Shown: in pieces, positions 12,456 to 25,559 of the stretch
How positions within the stretch are numbered: the first letter of the stretch is position 1
Layout of the letters: the number at the start of each line of letters is the position of its first letter
NCBI GenBank assembly: GCA_032718475.1
Contig: JAUCBJ010000548.1
Location: 62,001-126,000, forward strand
Source: Nemertoderma westbladi
Taxonomy: Eukaryota > Animalia > Xenacoelomorpha
Direction: 5' to 3'
DNA: 64,000 nucleotides
Notes under the pieces: model-generated
What the model was told of the DNA's origin: nothing
Database searches by the model: none
What the model saw: only the letters and a program-made list of their open reading frames with translations
Made by a program: the position numbers and the translations under genes

Positions 12456-12953
12456 TTATATCTTGTACTGGCCATTATCTTCCCTCACCAACCCAGTGTT
12501 TTTCAATTTCTGCACGAGTTTGTTCATGAGATCCTCGAAGATGCTGGGTTTAGTGTTCTGGGCGAGGATGTTAAGGATAACTCGACCACTGAGACCGATG
12601 CTGCTGTAGATGGTCTTTAACTTGGGATTATTCGGGAGTAGGGCTTTACTTCGGAATTGCCTGTAACTGATCCCTGTGGAGCACAGCGAAATCGGCGTGA
12701 GGAGGAAGGATATGGCGTTGGTAACGATTAGGAAGACCATAAAGAACCAAAGGATGAGGAAGAGGTACTGGTTGACCACGTTGGGGGCGACCACACACAT
12801 ACCATGCTCCTCCTCCATTCCAGTGGCTCCCCATTTCTTGATCTCACAGGCGACCATCTTGGGGAATATCTTGTCTCTTACGAGCGTGGTAGCGTTGTAG
12901 TCATCCTCGTCGGTCAGCACCCAATCCAAGCCGTACGATAGAAAGTTTCCTAT
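12456..12953 (-). CDS. Innexin shared terminal exon (EL2, TM4, C-terminal tail)
   Basis: Acceptor ttttttccag| precedes ATA at 12953 (phase 0). Encodes IGNFLSYGLDWVLTDEDDYNATTLVRDKIFPKMVACEIKKWG...GMCVVAPNVVNQYLFLILWF, with the innexin FPK..C and C....N..N motifs. Stop at 12456-12458. Confidence 0.93.
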   Translation of the reverse strand: MGNFLSYGLDWVLTDEDDYNATTLVRDKIFPKMVACEIKKWGATGMEEEHGMCVVAPNVVNQYLFLILWFFMVFLIVTNAISFLLTPISLCSTGISYRQFRSKALLPNNPKLKTIYSSIGLSGRVILNILAQNTKPSIFEDLMNKLVQKLKNTGLVREDNGQYKI

Positions 12954-13042
12954 CTGGAAAAAACACGATGTTAAATGTTTTTAGGCCTTCTTAGTAATTA
13001 ATAATTAATAGTAATCTATACACCCCCTTGCGGGGTAAATTA

Positions 13043-13160
13043 GGTTGTCAATAGTGGGCAGCGGCTGCAGGTTAAGGCTTGGGTTGTCAATAGTGGACAG
13101 CGGCTGCAGGTTAAGGCTTGGGTTGTCAATAGTGGGCAGCGGCTGCAGGTTAATGCTTGG
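13043..13160. repeat. 39-bp tandem repeat, ~3 copies, in the innexin intron
   Basis: Unit ggttgtcaatagtgggcagcggctgcaggttaaggcttg. Confidence 0.85.
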
Positions 13161-14461
13161 TATCGCTATGTTGCATACACTATGTTCATACACAATCTGG
13201 TGATAAGGAGTGAAACTATTTGGTATTGCGGTAGATGATATGGTGGAACATTTTATATTATTTAATTATTATGCTAATTTTTATATAATAATTAATAACC
13301 TCAATTAATATTGCCAAGATTGAGATAGAAAATCAGTAATTTTACCAATTGATCTTTTTATGGTGAAATCGCTAGATCAGGAGCATTATGGTACATTACA
13401 GGTTGGCCCAGAAACTGAGCTGTCCCACATCGCTCGATCAGCCATACAATTTTGTTTTTGTGTTTTTGAACTACAGATTGAAAACAAGGCTACAATACCC
13501 CCCCCCCCCCCCCCCCCCGCCCCAGCTTCAGTGTTTGGCAATGAGATGCCACCATATTGTAACGAACCCAAGGGAAATGATAGAGTTGTCCTTGAACGCA
13601 CCTCATTTCTTACATTGCGTAGTATATCCAACATTTTCTACCCTGCTAAACATTTTGGAATATGCCTCTGCCAGTGATTTGCTGTCCTTAGCAGTACAAA
13701 CCCAGCAAGCACTGCCATAGACCAGATCCTGGACAGCTTATTGAAGACAGATAATACTTTCTTTGTGAATGTGTGTGAATGAAAGAATTCGTGAACACAA
13801 CCCACAGATTCATCAAAAGAAGTTATGTTATTTATATCGTTTAACAGTTGGTTATAATCAATGTTTACTGTTGGATCAGTTTTATCTAAGCTGTGTAACA
13901 ACTTCTGTTCTACCCCATCGGAATTATGGATATCTAAGAACCTCCGAATAGCGTTCTCCGCCAAATAAAAATAATGAAGATAAATGTGGCTAATTGTCCC
14001 TGAATGACACAACACAAAACTAGGTGGAAACATATGTGGAAACGAATGTGGTTGAGCATCCGTAATAAATTGAGCTAATAGCATCAATGATTTTATTAGG
14101 TAGCCTATTGGTTTGTATTTGTAAAACATTTCTTCAATGATTCTTCTAAGTGAGAGAGAGACTGCGACCAACCTATTTGTCTGCGGTAATTATTGACCAG
14201 GTTGCCTCCGGTGCATCGTGTTTTACTTTCACTTTAGGAACTTTCTCTGGGGATGTCAAACTAGAAGGGCGACAATGAAGAACCCAAGTGAGAATAATAT
14301 TATAAAAACGTTGGGTCTGAGCCAATCAGGTGGATGAAACTAACCTCTAGGAAGCAGCACCACAAACTTGTGCCAATAATGAAAATCTAATCTAATCTAA
14401 ACCTAAAAGTCAAATATGAGTTCATTTATTTATGTAACTACCTTAACTATTATTATATTAC

Positions 14462-14626
14462 CTTGAACATTCGTGACGTCATATAAAATAAAGCAACCGA
14501 TACAACCAAATAAAGGGTCTTGGTAACCATGGTTGCGATACCGAGTTTGTTCTTTTGGGCGAGATTACCCAGACAGCCGTGAGGTTGCATGTAAGCTTTA
14601 AATGTCATCGCCAACCAACAAGCAAC
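14462..14626 (-). CDS. Innexin shared internal exon (cytoplasmic loop end and TM3), 165 bp, not in the ORF track
   Basis: cattttgcag|GTT GCT TGT ... ATG TTC AAG|gtaatat, phase 0 at both ends. Encodes VACWLAMTFKAYMQPHGCLGNLAQKNKLGIATMVTKTLYLVVSVALFYMTSRMFK. Confidence 0.9.
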
Positions 14627-15294
14627 CTGCAAAATGTAAAAGTAAAAATTATATTAATTATTATACTCATACTGTCTGAACTCATTTCAACGTATCGTTT
14701 TAGAATTGGTGATAATTAAATAGCAAGATTAACAATTACATATCTTCATGGAGACCTATGGAGACTTAATTTAGCGAATATTTAATATATTTTTTGACCC
14801 AGGAGGATCAAAAATTGAATTTTAAGATTAGGGTATGATCGATCAACACAACACCCGAATGCAGAGAAGTAGAATCTACTATTATACTACAGAACAAGTA
14901 AAACTGGTAAATTTTATAAAAGCAGATTCCGGATTTATATAAATGCATTTTAGTTTTAATCCCGAACAAATTTAAACTAGTAATAACTAACAGAGCTAAA
15001 AATATATAAAAGCAGCCGCAACTAAAAAAGTAGAAATTACTATGATTAAAACTAGAAGATTCCACTAATCTACATACGGGAGCTGATCAGATCGAAGATA
15101 TGGTAAACATATTAAAAACTTTCCTAACATAAAATGCAGTTTATGCAACACAACAGACTAAACCAATAAAATCCGCTATTACACATATTTTAATATTTAT
15201 TAACGGATTTTATATCTTGGTGCCAAGACGAATATAATGTGTGCATCACAACCATGAATTGAGTTATGTCATAAAACAAATGTCTTCACATCCT

Positions 15295-15500
15295 GAGACA
15301 GGTGGGGAAACTGGACGCAAATCCCATCTCGCGAATTAATATTTTGTCTCAATGTTAACTTACCAATTTAGGGAAAGGAACAGGTTACACTGGCACGTTA
15401 TTCTAACTAAAACCATAAACGAAAGTCAATAGAACAAGTTACAGTTTTATTTTTTAGAATAATCAGCTGTTATTTGCGTCGATTTTCACCCGTAAAGGAT
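15295..15500. repeat. Interspersed repeat (copy at ~27737-27940; partial relatives at ~4100-4200 and ~19610-19710)
   Basis: Shared gagacagg.ggggaaactggacgcaaatc...aatttagggaaagga.caggttaca...gaataatcagctgttatttgcgtcga. Confidence 0.7.
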
Positions 15501-16413
15501 AGATTGCGTCGAATTAATTTTTACTGAATTTTACTGAATATCACTGAAGACGTGTGTCATTAACCTACACGAAATGGCCATATAATAATGATATTTATTT
15601 TATTTAAAATCGTTGATTAGACCCCCATGACCCCAACATATTTCTTCGCCGCGAACGATATCTTTTAGACCATGATTTGAACCATCCATAGAAATACAAC
15701 AAATGTATTCTAGACTCCCCGCGCCATAAAATATTTTAGACATTGGTGCATAATGCAATGTATTTACAAAGTGTGCAGGACATTAATAAAAGTATAATGT
15801 ATATTTATAAGCAACAAAGTATGTGCATCAATAAGCCACAAAATTACATATGTAGAGTATTACAAAATGTGGCGAATACGATTAATAGTTTAGAAAATTA
15901 GGATACGGTCTGCTAAAGTCTGATAAAGGCATGATTGTTTCACTTATTATATTATTAATTTAGTTTAAGACAAAAATATCTTAAGCAGAATGACAAGTAT
16001 ATTCCTTATTGAGATTGATATTTTTATGATTTTTTATATCTCCCGAATCGCGGACCAAAAGGAAGTCCTTGAGAACGATCTGGAGATTATTCTGGATTGA
16101 TTGTGATCGCCTTGAATTTAATTTATTTTTAAATCATATTAAAGATATTGATTGTAATTCTTGCTTCATTTATCACAAAACGGTGAACTGAACAAAACTT
16201 CTTTATCACATGGTTGGCACAGAATAAACAACAACAAGTAGCAAAGCTCATAGAAAAGAAGAGAAGAACAATAAACAATAAAACCTACTACAATATAAAG
16301 CATAAATATTATATGTAACACAAAATTAAATGTGTACAACAATAACTCAGAAGAGATGTTAGCAAGCTAAGCGGTTTAGAGGTAGTCTTAGCGAGGATGG
16401 GGTATTTAATTAC

Positions 16414-16971
16414 CTTATTGGATTTCTTTTCAATTCCAGCTTCATCATCAATAGCGTATCGCAATTCGCTAACTAATTTCTTTATCTCCGCCATTCCCCA
16501 CGACTTATACATAAGGTAGGGAAAGTAATAGCATCCGGCGCCCAAAAAGAAATAGAAAGGCACCCACTGGTACCACAGATGGTAGATCCTGGTGGGCGGA
16601 AGAACATTGTCGGGGTCACAAGGTATCACGTTGCCTTGAAGATCTAAACGACCTTGTTGGCAATGTGGTATATCTTCTGGAAGTATACCTGGGTAAGGGA
16701 GGTACTGAGTTGGTATATCGTAGGCCTCTTTCATAGTATATAGACCTTGAGTCCAACAATAGTCCTCCGAGAATTTGACCGTAAACTTTGTAAACCCATG
16801 GCATTCTAGAATGTTGCCCAAGTATGTTCTTAGTGTTACCACAGTTCCCATCATCATCATCATTGTAAACATAACAACTCTATTGAGTTGATCGAAACCA
16901 TCATCTACAGTTATACCGCCTCTACTTATAGGGATTGCTCCTTTCAACTTAGATAACTCTCCAATACCCAT
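16414..16971 (-). CDS. Innexin first exon variant V1 (proximal), 186 codons; V1 plus the two shared exons gives a 406-aa innexin
   Basis: ATG at 16971; motifs DDGFDQLNR, ECHGF, YCWTQGLYT and HLWYQWVPFYF. Donor AAG|GTAATT at 16414/16413, phase 0. The ORF-track tail after SNK is intron read-through. Confidence 0.93.
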
Positions 16972-19831
16972 ATCTTTTTATTTCGCCTAACGATTGTCCC
17001 GGTATAATAGGCAATTTCAGTACATAAAAATAGATATTACTAGATTCTGTTTATAATATTACTCAATAAATTTTAGAAAAGTAAATATTGTACCCCAAAT
17101 ACATGGTATAAAAATATATTTATACAGACACAGAGTAGCTAAAGAAGGCTACCACGACCATATGAAATACGATCCATAATAGGCAGCCATTTGTAATTAT
17201 TTAATGAGAAGACGCCATTTCGCAAGCATTTAAAAAACCGCTAAGCTATGAATTATTGATTGGTGAAAAAATTTGCCGTAGTTTTGTTGCCATCGATTTG
17301 CCATAGATTTGCCGCACGATTTGTCAACAGTTTTTCTGTCCTGTCCCATTTTACTCCATGGTTTGAACATCCTTCACTATCCAACCACTTTTCTTTACTC
17401 CTCAAACAGGTTTCCTTGACGTTGGATCAGCGCACAAGTTTCAATATTGTAAGAGGCTCGATCCAGGATCGAACCCGGCACCTCCTCGCAGTATAGTAGG
17501 CCTGGTGGATTACCGGTACCCTTTGTGTTAAGTGCTATATGCCTACGTCGAATGCGAAATTCAACTTTCGAGTAAAGTTACTATGTCGTGAGAACCTGGA
17601 CAAAATTAAGCTCGAGTATTCAAGTAAAGTAAACTTTTCACAAATCTACGGCAAATTGTGGGCAATTTTTTGCTGCGAGGAAATTTACCCCAAATTACAT
17701 GATGTTCATTCATATATGATATGTTCCTATTAGTTGTATATACGTCGTTGTGTTCTTCCGTAAGTTGTAGAGTGACACGCAATTCATACATTCTATGTAA
17801 AAGTAAAACTAATCGCTAGGCAAATAATACGTACTTATCTTGCTAACCGAACAAATATTGCGAAATTAACGTTTAATAGACTGTCTTTCTCTATTTGAAT
17901 TTGAAACTACTTGGACTTTAACATAGCATAAAACTTAAACCTGATTTGCTTGAAATATTATTTTTCAACTTCCTGTAATTACGATTTTACGGTTATGCAG
18001 CACTACAACAATTAATCCTCGCATTTAATGTGAATTGAACCCGGCACACCAACAGTGCACCTTTATCCTTTATAAATGTTGTTCACCTTACTTAACCCCA
18101 ATATCAGCTGGTAAAGTATTTGTGAGAGTAACGTAGGGCCTGGTCCCTCGCAAGAGGCCCTAATTGTTCCGATAACGGCCCTCATAATTCGAGATCCCAT
18201 GACTCCGTTATGTGTCATACGCTTTACAAATACGGTGCTGTTAAACTTGAACGATAATGGCACGCACATTCGCAGAAGACAGTCAAGTTGAATTACCTCA
18301 AATTTGTCTCTTCATTGCCTTGTTTATACATCAGCCAGCCAACCAAATCAATTTTACTATAGTGTGTCATAGTGTATGTCCAGTCAATGTCCAATCTACC
18401 AAATTGGTTTATGTTTCGTAGTTAATGGAATTTAACCTGGTTCACAGGTTTCGAATCAAAATATCGGCATGCAGGAGCATCGCTTATCGCTAAATGTTCG
18501 CCCACAACTAGGCTAGCCCCGTAGAACTCTTCATGCATCTAAGGCATACGAGACACAGGTTCATCCCCAAACATGTATAAAAATTCTTAAATTTGAAATG
18601 TATGTAAGAAACAATACGGATAGAAAAAAATAGTTTTACCAAGAAAACGATCAAATAATGATAGAATCCTGCTAGAAACTTACCTCACAAACAGCAACAA
18701 CTATCACGGCAAAAATTTAATTGTAGACGAGCATCAAAGTAAGCGAGCTTAGCATACTGGTACCGCTGTTTCAACCGATGTCTGTCGTTAGAGGTTGGTC
18801 TGTCGGTCTGCCTGTCTCTCTGTCTGTTGGTTGGTATGTCTGTCTGTCTGTCGGCATGTCTGTCGGCAAATGTTTGAAGTGTAATAACCCAGTCAATCTT
18901 TGATGAAATTAAAATTTGATCTTCCTGCAGATCTTCCACCAAGCCTCACGTATTTAACACAATAATTGAAAGTTCTAGAAATGTCGAAAATTCTAACAAT
19001 AATCCATGACCAGTCGTGGTGGAGTTATTTAAATGAACTACAGATTGATACATTAATGCCAATGAATGGAGATTGAATGTTTTGTCTGGAATGATAATAA
19101 TCATGGACCATTTAATAACGGAAAAATTCAGTTAACTTTAGTGCACAGCCTTCTCTACGTACAATGCTTGTATAATGTATTAAGACAATTTAATGTTATG
19201 AAGTCATATCGTAAATAAATTACTATCACTATGTAAATAAATGATTTTGGGCTATAGCAGTAAACTGTATGTCTACCATCTGATTGAATATGAATGATAG
19301 TAACTGTCCAATTGTGCATTAGGAAAACGGCTGGATGGTCTGATTATTTTAAAGTCTCCAGAATTAGTAAATAGAAATAATGTGTAAGTCTACTGTACTA
19401 ATTGTATATAAAAAAAACAGCATGGCGAAATTCCTTATTTTAAATTGATAAACAATAGGCAGATACGTGGGCAAATATAGAGCCTAATGATGTATATATA
19501 TTATTTATAACAAATTAGAAGTAGTTAATTAGTACTAAAGAAACAGGTGGACTATTGACGCATGTCCCATATATGCCCACCAACAATAATAATTATCGAT
19601 TAATGGAAAAGAACAAGTTACAGTGGCAGGCTACTTGAGAACTAACAGGTTACAGGCTTATTTAACCTTGAATAAGCAGCTGTTATTTGTTTTGATTTTC
19701 CCGGCTGATGGTTTAATTTTGACTTGAGTCAATAGTCCCTCCCAAGTTTTGATAGCATAGTGAAAAAAATATCACTGCAACACACAGACAAAATGCATTG
19801 TTTACATACGTAATACATAGAGAAAATACAG

Positions 19832-19882
19832 TACATACATACATACATACATACATACATACATACATACATACATACATAC
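19832..19882. repeat. (TACA)n microsatellite
   Basis: About 12 tandem TACA units. Confidence 0.95.
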
Positions 19883-20843
19883 CGCATAAGATGTAGTAAT
19901 ATAGTAATAATTGTATATACAATGTAACAATATATAGTTATTGCTATTTATGTTTCAATTGAAGCAGGCCGGTTTAGTGTATTGGCAATACTTCCAGTGT
20001 CATATCCAACCAACTTACTCCACTTATAGTGATTGAGTGTTACTCATTACAGTAATAATACAGTAGAACTAATTAATTACTTTAGAACAACGTCATCTGT
20101 GAGCTGGATTTTACACAAGTTATAAAATTAACTTATTTCTGTCGTGTGGTTGAGATATACTTGCAAGTTCTTACTGGAATAATGTTATATTATTTTTGTT
20201 GTTGTTGTGGACAAATATTATTTATTATATTATAAAATATTTATGTTATTCTAAATAACTTGATAAACAATTTATCCATCGACAAAATTACAATAATTTT
20301 AACTTAACAGCACAGTATACTTCAGTATGTAACTACAACCATCCATCATCAAACTTTATGATATCCTCTATGATAACCATGTGTTTCAATTTCTATTCCT
20401 GAATAGCCATCAACGAGCCAACCGGGCCTATTTTTATTATTTTATTGTTTTTATCGTATGTAGGCCAATTGGAGCTTCTTCCATCGAATATCCCCCCCCC
20501 CCCCCCCTCCCCTAACTACTGAACTAGATAGCAGCGGTAAGCCAATATGGCTGCGTTAAATTTATTTTATTAATGTTGTGTTCTCAGAGACAGATGCGTA
20601 CATAGAAACGAATTGTTTTTATTGTCTCCCTATAGTCTGTAGCTATCGGGAATATTCGCTCATGGACAATCAGAAGCAATCACAACATTTCAAATTTGCT
20701 GAACTCAGGTGCTGAAAAGAGGAAACTTAAATTAACTTTCATTTTGATTTCTTATAAGCAGGCCACTACCAAATAAGTGAAAGCAAGTATAAGAGTATGG
20801 AAAGACAGAACCAAAGTTATAATAAAAATTTATATTATTATTA

Positions 20844-21438
20844 GGCCCGGCGCACACTAGAGATGCAAGATGCACGATGCAAGATGCACGATGCAAGATG
20901 CAAAAAAGGACATCCTCCATATTCTATTTTTGCATCTCGAATTATAGAATACATGGTAGACTATAGGAGGCCGTACACTAGAGATGCAAGATGCATGATA
21001 AATTCTTTGAAATATACATTAAAATAATCAAAGTATAATATTAGCGTGTGTTGCCACCCAATATTATAATATACTGTACCTCCTCGGTGTGACTAACACT
21101 TAAGTGACAAGCAAATATCTGTGGTCGGGATTATCTCGCAAGTGATCATATAACTTTTCCATAACGCCCTCTTGAAAATTATTCTATGTATCCAATCAAT
21201 GCTCTCGTGAAATTAGGTTTGTTTGTTCTCACAACATATGCAGAAACAGTTTCAATAACTTCATCATCACTGTCATTCGTTGAAAATTAAATAATAAGTG
21301 GATGGTCAGAAACGCAATAAATAAATAACATAAAAGCTATCAATATATAAAATAAAATACGATGCATCTTGAATCTCTAGTGTACGTCGGGAACGATGTT
21401 TGCATCTTGCATCTTGCATCTCTAGTGTGCGGCGAGCC
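20844..21438. mobile_element. MITE, PIF/Harbinger(Tourist)-like
   Basis: TIRs ggcccggcgcacactagagatgcaagatgca and tgcatcttgcatctctagtgtgcggcgagcc, flanked by TTA on both sides. Confidence 0.8.
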
Positions 21439-21649
21439 TTAGAATAATTATATTATCAATTATTTAGAAATGTTTGTTTAAAGTTGAAAAAGATACTGCG
21501 TATATTAGCGGGTAGGAGCCCGCATTAGAGAATAATCAAGGGGCCTTGAAATGGCAGCCCTGCGCTATGCTCTGTTTATAAAATACCCTTGTGATCAGGG
21601 TATACCTCTGAGTCATTCATAGCGACTAACCCACTGCGAACAAACAATG

Positions 21650-22800
21650 AAACAAACTGCAACAAACTGATCTAATCGAATTTTAACTTCAAACTATGTC
21701 GAAGCCCATGAAAGTTTGATATCGAGACATTTGGGAGGCATTCCTCGTTGCAATTAGACAACATTTTCGAGGTTGGACAAACAGACCCATACACTCAGCC
21801 ACTCTACCCTACACAACAACAATTAAGAGTCGCCAGCTGACCTTCATCACACAGATAACTAACTCTTAACGCTATTGCAAAGGCCTCGCCCTAATCCCAT
21901 CCAGAGAACTACGATATCACCGTCATTACCAACCGAGTTGGGAGCCACCATTGGGACGGTACAAACGTCTGGTTCCATCGCCAAGAATAAATAATAACAA
22001 TACCTTTCCAAAGAGATCGATAGCAGAGGTTGTGTAATTACAGTACACTTCTGTAACGGATCCAAGTATTGCTGCTATTCTGTGCCGCACATGCCTTATA
22101 TGTATTTCTACGATCCGCAACACAATCATTTTGTGTCTGGTTTAACATCACCTCCTCCAAAAGGGCAGCTCCACCATCAAAAATACCCTGAATTCCCCGT
22201 GATAAATGCGCTGGATTCGCTTGAAACTATCTCACTCCGCGATTCTACCCTGTGAAACGGCATGCCACCCAATAGGGTCTCATCAAAACACATGAGAAGG
22301 CGTGCCTCTCTGCTTGACTTCACTAATAACGTTAACGTCAACCCTGCCAGGCAGCCCCACCACCCTCACGTCACCCCAACCCGAGAATATGCCGCGGAAT
22401 TCGGAAGTTAACAAAACCTTCCAATTGGACTACACATATTCAGAAACATTGGCAACAAAATACCTCTTGGTATCATCCATGCTGTATGCGCTGGACACAA
22501 ATGGTGGCACCGTAGTGCTTCATAGTTGGTCATGCTCCACAAACTCTAATGATATCACAAACGGAATCCTTCCCTTTTGCATAACACAGTGGCTATGGCA
22601 TATACTAACTCATGCAAACTGTATGTTTCCGTTGAAACTCCAGAACATTCTGGAAGTTTTCCGTAACTAAGCCATGTGGCACTACACCCAAGGAAACTGA
22701 ATGCCCCTTCCACCACCAACCCATAGTAGTGTGGATCTCGTAAAACTACAACTGGCCATAGTTCCAATTACAAACCTTTATATATGTATATACGGTATAT
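21650..22800 (-). mobile_element. Highly degraded LINE reverse transcriptase (possibly L1/Tx1-like)
   Basis: Minus-strand remnants GVSTETYSLHELVYAIAT (cf. GVRQGCPLSPLLYAI) and VSSAYSMDDT (cf. YxDD), with multiple stops. Confidence 0.4.
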
Positions 22801-23030
22801 GTATGACATCCTAGTTGGTGATTGCATATCATTGGGTATTCCAAGTCACCATTTTAGAAGGCCACCTGTCTGTCACTACAACCTTTGAGGTTGTTGCCTT
22901 TGCTTGAGGGCGTCCCAATGATCCATTACAAGGGTGGTGGTGGGACAGGAGTTTCAATAGCCCCATAAGATAATTAAAAGTTAAATAATTAATTAATTAA
23001 TTTGTCTTAAGGCCCGTTCACATCCAATGG

Positions 23031-23520
23031 AACGGTACACTGGGCGGTGTACCGCCGGGCCAGCGGTAAACCGCTGAGTGTGAACGACCCTGCGGTACAC
23101 TGCGCGGTGTACCGCAGGGCCATCGGTAAACCGCTGAGTGTGAACGACCCTGCGGTACACTGCGCGGTGTACCGCAGGGCCATCGGTAAACCGCTGAGTG
23201 TGAACGACCCTGCGGTACACTGCGCGGTGTACCGCAGGGCCATCGGTAAACCGCTGAGTGTGAACGACCCTGCGGTACACTGCGCGGTGTACCGCAGGGC
23301 CATCGGTAAACCGCTGAGTGTGAACGACCCTGCGGTACACTGCGCGGTGTACCGCAGGGCCATCGGTAAACCGCTGAGTGTGAACGACCCTGCGGTACAC
23401 TGCGCGGTGTACCGCAGGGCCGGCGGTAAACCGCTGAGTGTGAACGACCCTGCGGTACACTGCGCGGTGTACCGCAGGGCCATCGGTAAACCGCTGAGTG
23501 TGAACGACCCTGCGGTATTC
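23031..23520. repeat. 60-bp palindromic minisatellite, ~8 copies
   Basis: Unit cggtaaaccgctgagtgtgaacgaccctgcggtacactgcgcggtgtaccgcagggccat, containing a 13-bp perfect stem ccctgcggtacac/gtgtaccgcaggg. Confidence 0.95.
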
Positions 23521-23938
23521 CAACGGTGTCTGACTGGTAAATGATTTTGATTACCGCTGACTGTGAACGACTGTAATGTTGTTATTATATTTCAGAAGTA
23601 ATTTGTATGAATTATGAAATTTGAAATTCCATAGTTCGAAACTGTCATTGTTTAAATCGAGTAATAGTTGATCTATGTAGTACCATGCCACCAAAATTAG
23701 TCACTAATTTCGTCGGCTTGGACGAGTCGCTTATGTAAATGTTTACTGTTCTGTTAATTATATTTATTTATATGTACGTTTATTACAATTTATCATCCAT
23801 ACATTTGCACCTGTCTGTGTCACTGAGACAATAAATGACCAGCAAAATATCAAAATGGAGTCAGATTTTTGATATCGATATTTGGCGCAGCACAATAAGT
23901 TTTTTTTCCCTATTCGTATAGACGGTCTGGTGAGCCGG

Positions 23939-24738
23939 AACAGTATATAGGTGGAGAGAGTTACTAAAGATACTCCCTAGTAGTCTTACTCAACAGTATA
24001 TAGGTGGAGAGAGTTACTAAAGATACTCCCTAGTAGTCTTACTCAACAGTATATAGGTGGAGAGAGATACTAAAGATACTCCCTAGTAGTCTTACTCAAC
24101 AGTATATAGGTGGAGAGAGATACTAAAGATACTCCCTAGTAGTCTTACTCAACAGTATATAGGTGGAGAGAGTTACTAAAGATACTCCCTAGTAGTCTTA
24201 CTCAACAGTATATAGGTGGAGAAAGTTACTAAAGATACTCCCTAGTAGTCTTACTCAACAGTATATAGGTGGAGAGAGTTACTAAAGATACTCCCTAGTA
24301 GTCTTACTCAACAGTATATAGGTGGAGAAAGTTACTAAAGATACTCCCTAGTAGTCTTACTCAACAGTATATAGGTGGAGAGAGTTACTAAAGATACTCC
24401 CTAGTAGTCTTACTCAACAGTATATAGGTGGAGAAAGTTACTAAAGATACTCCCTAGTAGTCTTACTCAACAGTATATAGGTGGAGAGAGTTACTAAAGA
24501 TACTCCCTAGTAGTCTTACTCAACAGTATATAGGTGGAGAGAGTTACTAAAGATACTCCCTAGTAGTCTTACTCAACAGTATATAGGTGGAGAGAGTTAC
24601 TAAAGATACTCCCTAGTAGTCTTACTCAACAGTATATAGGTGGAGAGAGTTGCTAAAGATACTCCCTAGTAGTCTTACTCAACAGTATATAGGTGGAGAG
24701 AGTTACTAAAGATACTCCCTAGTAGTCTTACTCAACAG
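23939..24738. repeat. 53-bp minisatellite, ~15 copies
   Basis: Unit aacagtatataggtggagagagttactaaagatactccctagtagtcttactc, with only single-base variants. Confidence 0.97.
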
Positions 24739-25010
24739 TGTTAGTCAACTCTTTTTTACTTTAGTTTCATGGTTCTTTGTTCAATCTATTTATGGAAGGA
24801 ACTAACTTTTATGTGTACACTACAGCACTCTTTAGTCGAAGACAGTGGAACTTCCGTAGGCCTAATCAGCTTAAGTTCGGTAAGTTTTCATCAATGAAAT
24901 TCTGTCCATTCCATCGGCTATTGTTATTTTTATTACTTATTAGAAATAAATAATGCTATGTATTGTATATTACTACTGCGAATTAAAAGCTTCAACTAAA
25001 ACTAATTTAC

Positions 25011-25559
25011 CTTATCGACTCTCTTTTCAATAGCAGCATCATCATCAATAACGAAACGCAACTCTTTAACAACCCTCTTAACCTCTGCCATTCCCCATGA
25101 CTTTAGTATCAGGTAGGGAACATAGTATGCACCAGCTCCAAGGAAGAAATAGAAAGGTACCCACTGGTACCACAGATGGTAGATTCTAGTAGCCGCAATC
25201 ACATCATTGGGGTCACAAGGAATGACGTTCCCAGAGAGATCTAAACGACCTTGTTGGCAATGAGGTACATCTTCAGGAATGATACCGGGGTAAGGGAGAT
25301 ACTTGGAAGGTACATCATAAGCTTCCTTGATGGTATACAGTCCTTGAGTCCAACAATAATCCTCCGAGAACTTTATAGTAAACTTGGTAAACCCGTGGCA
25401 TTCTATAATGTTTCCAAGATATGATCGTACAGAAGAGACTGTTCCCATGACCATCATTAAGGAAAACATTCCGATGCGATTCAACCGACCCCAGCCATCA
25501 TCTACGGCTAGTCTGGCCTTGGCGAGTGGAATCGCCTTGAAAATGTCAACGAAACTCAT
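25011..25559 (-). CDS. Innexin first exon variant V2, 183 codons, with no downstream exons of its own seen
   Basis: ATG at 25559; intact N-terminus/TM1/EL1/TM2 with the same four EL1 cysteines as V1. Donor AAG|GTAAAT at 25011/25010, at the homologous position and phase to V1. Confidence 0.88.

Noticed and set aside
16309-16413. C-terminal extension VIKYPILAK... of the 220-aa innexin ORF
   Set aside because: It is read-through past the AAG|GT donor shared with V2 and V3, with no innexin similarity.
22993-23544. Three overlapping 158-176-aa repeat ORFs
   Set aside because: They are a by-product of a stop-poor 60-bp unit that is open on both strands.
23031-24738. Palindromic 60-bp and 53-bp arrays as CRISPR arrays
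   Set aside because: Units repeat head-to-tail with no unique spacers, there are no cas genes, and the context is a spliceosomal eukaryotic locus.
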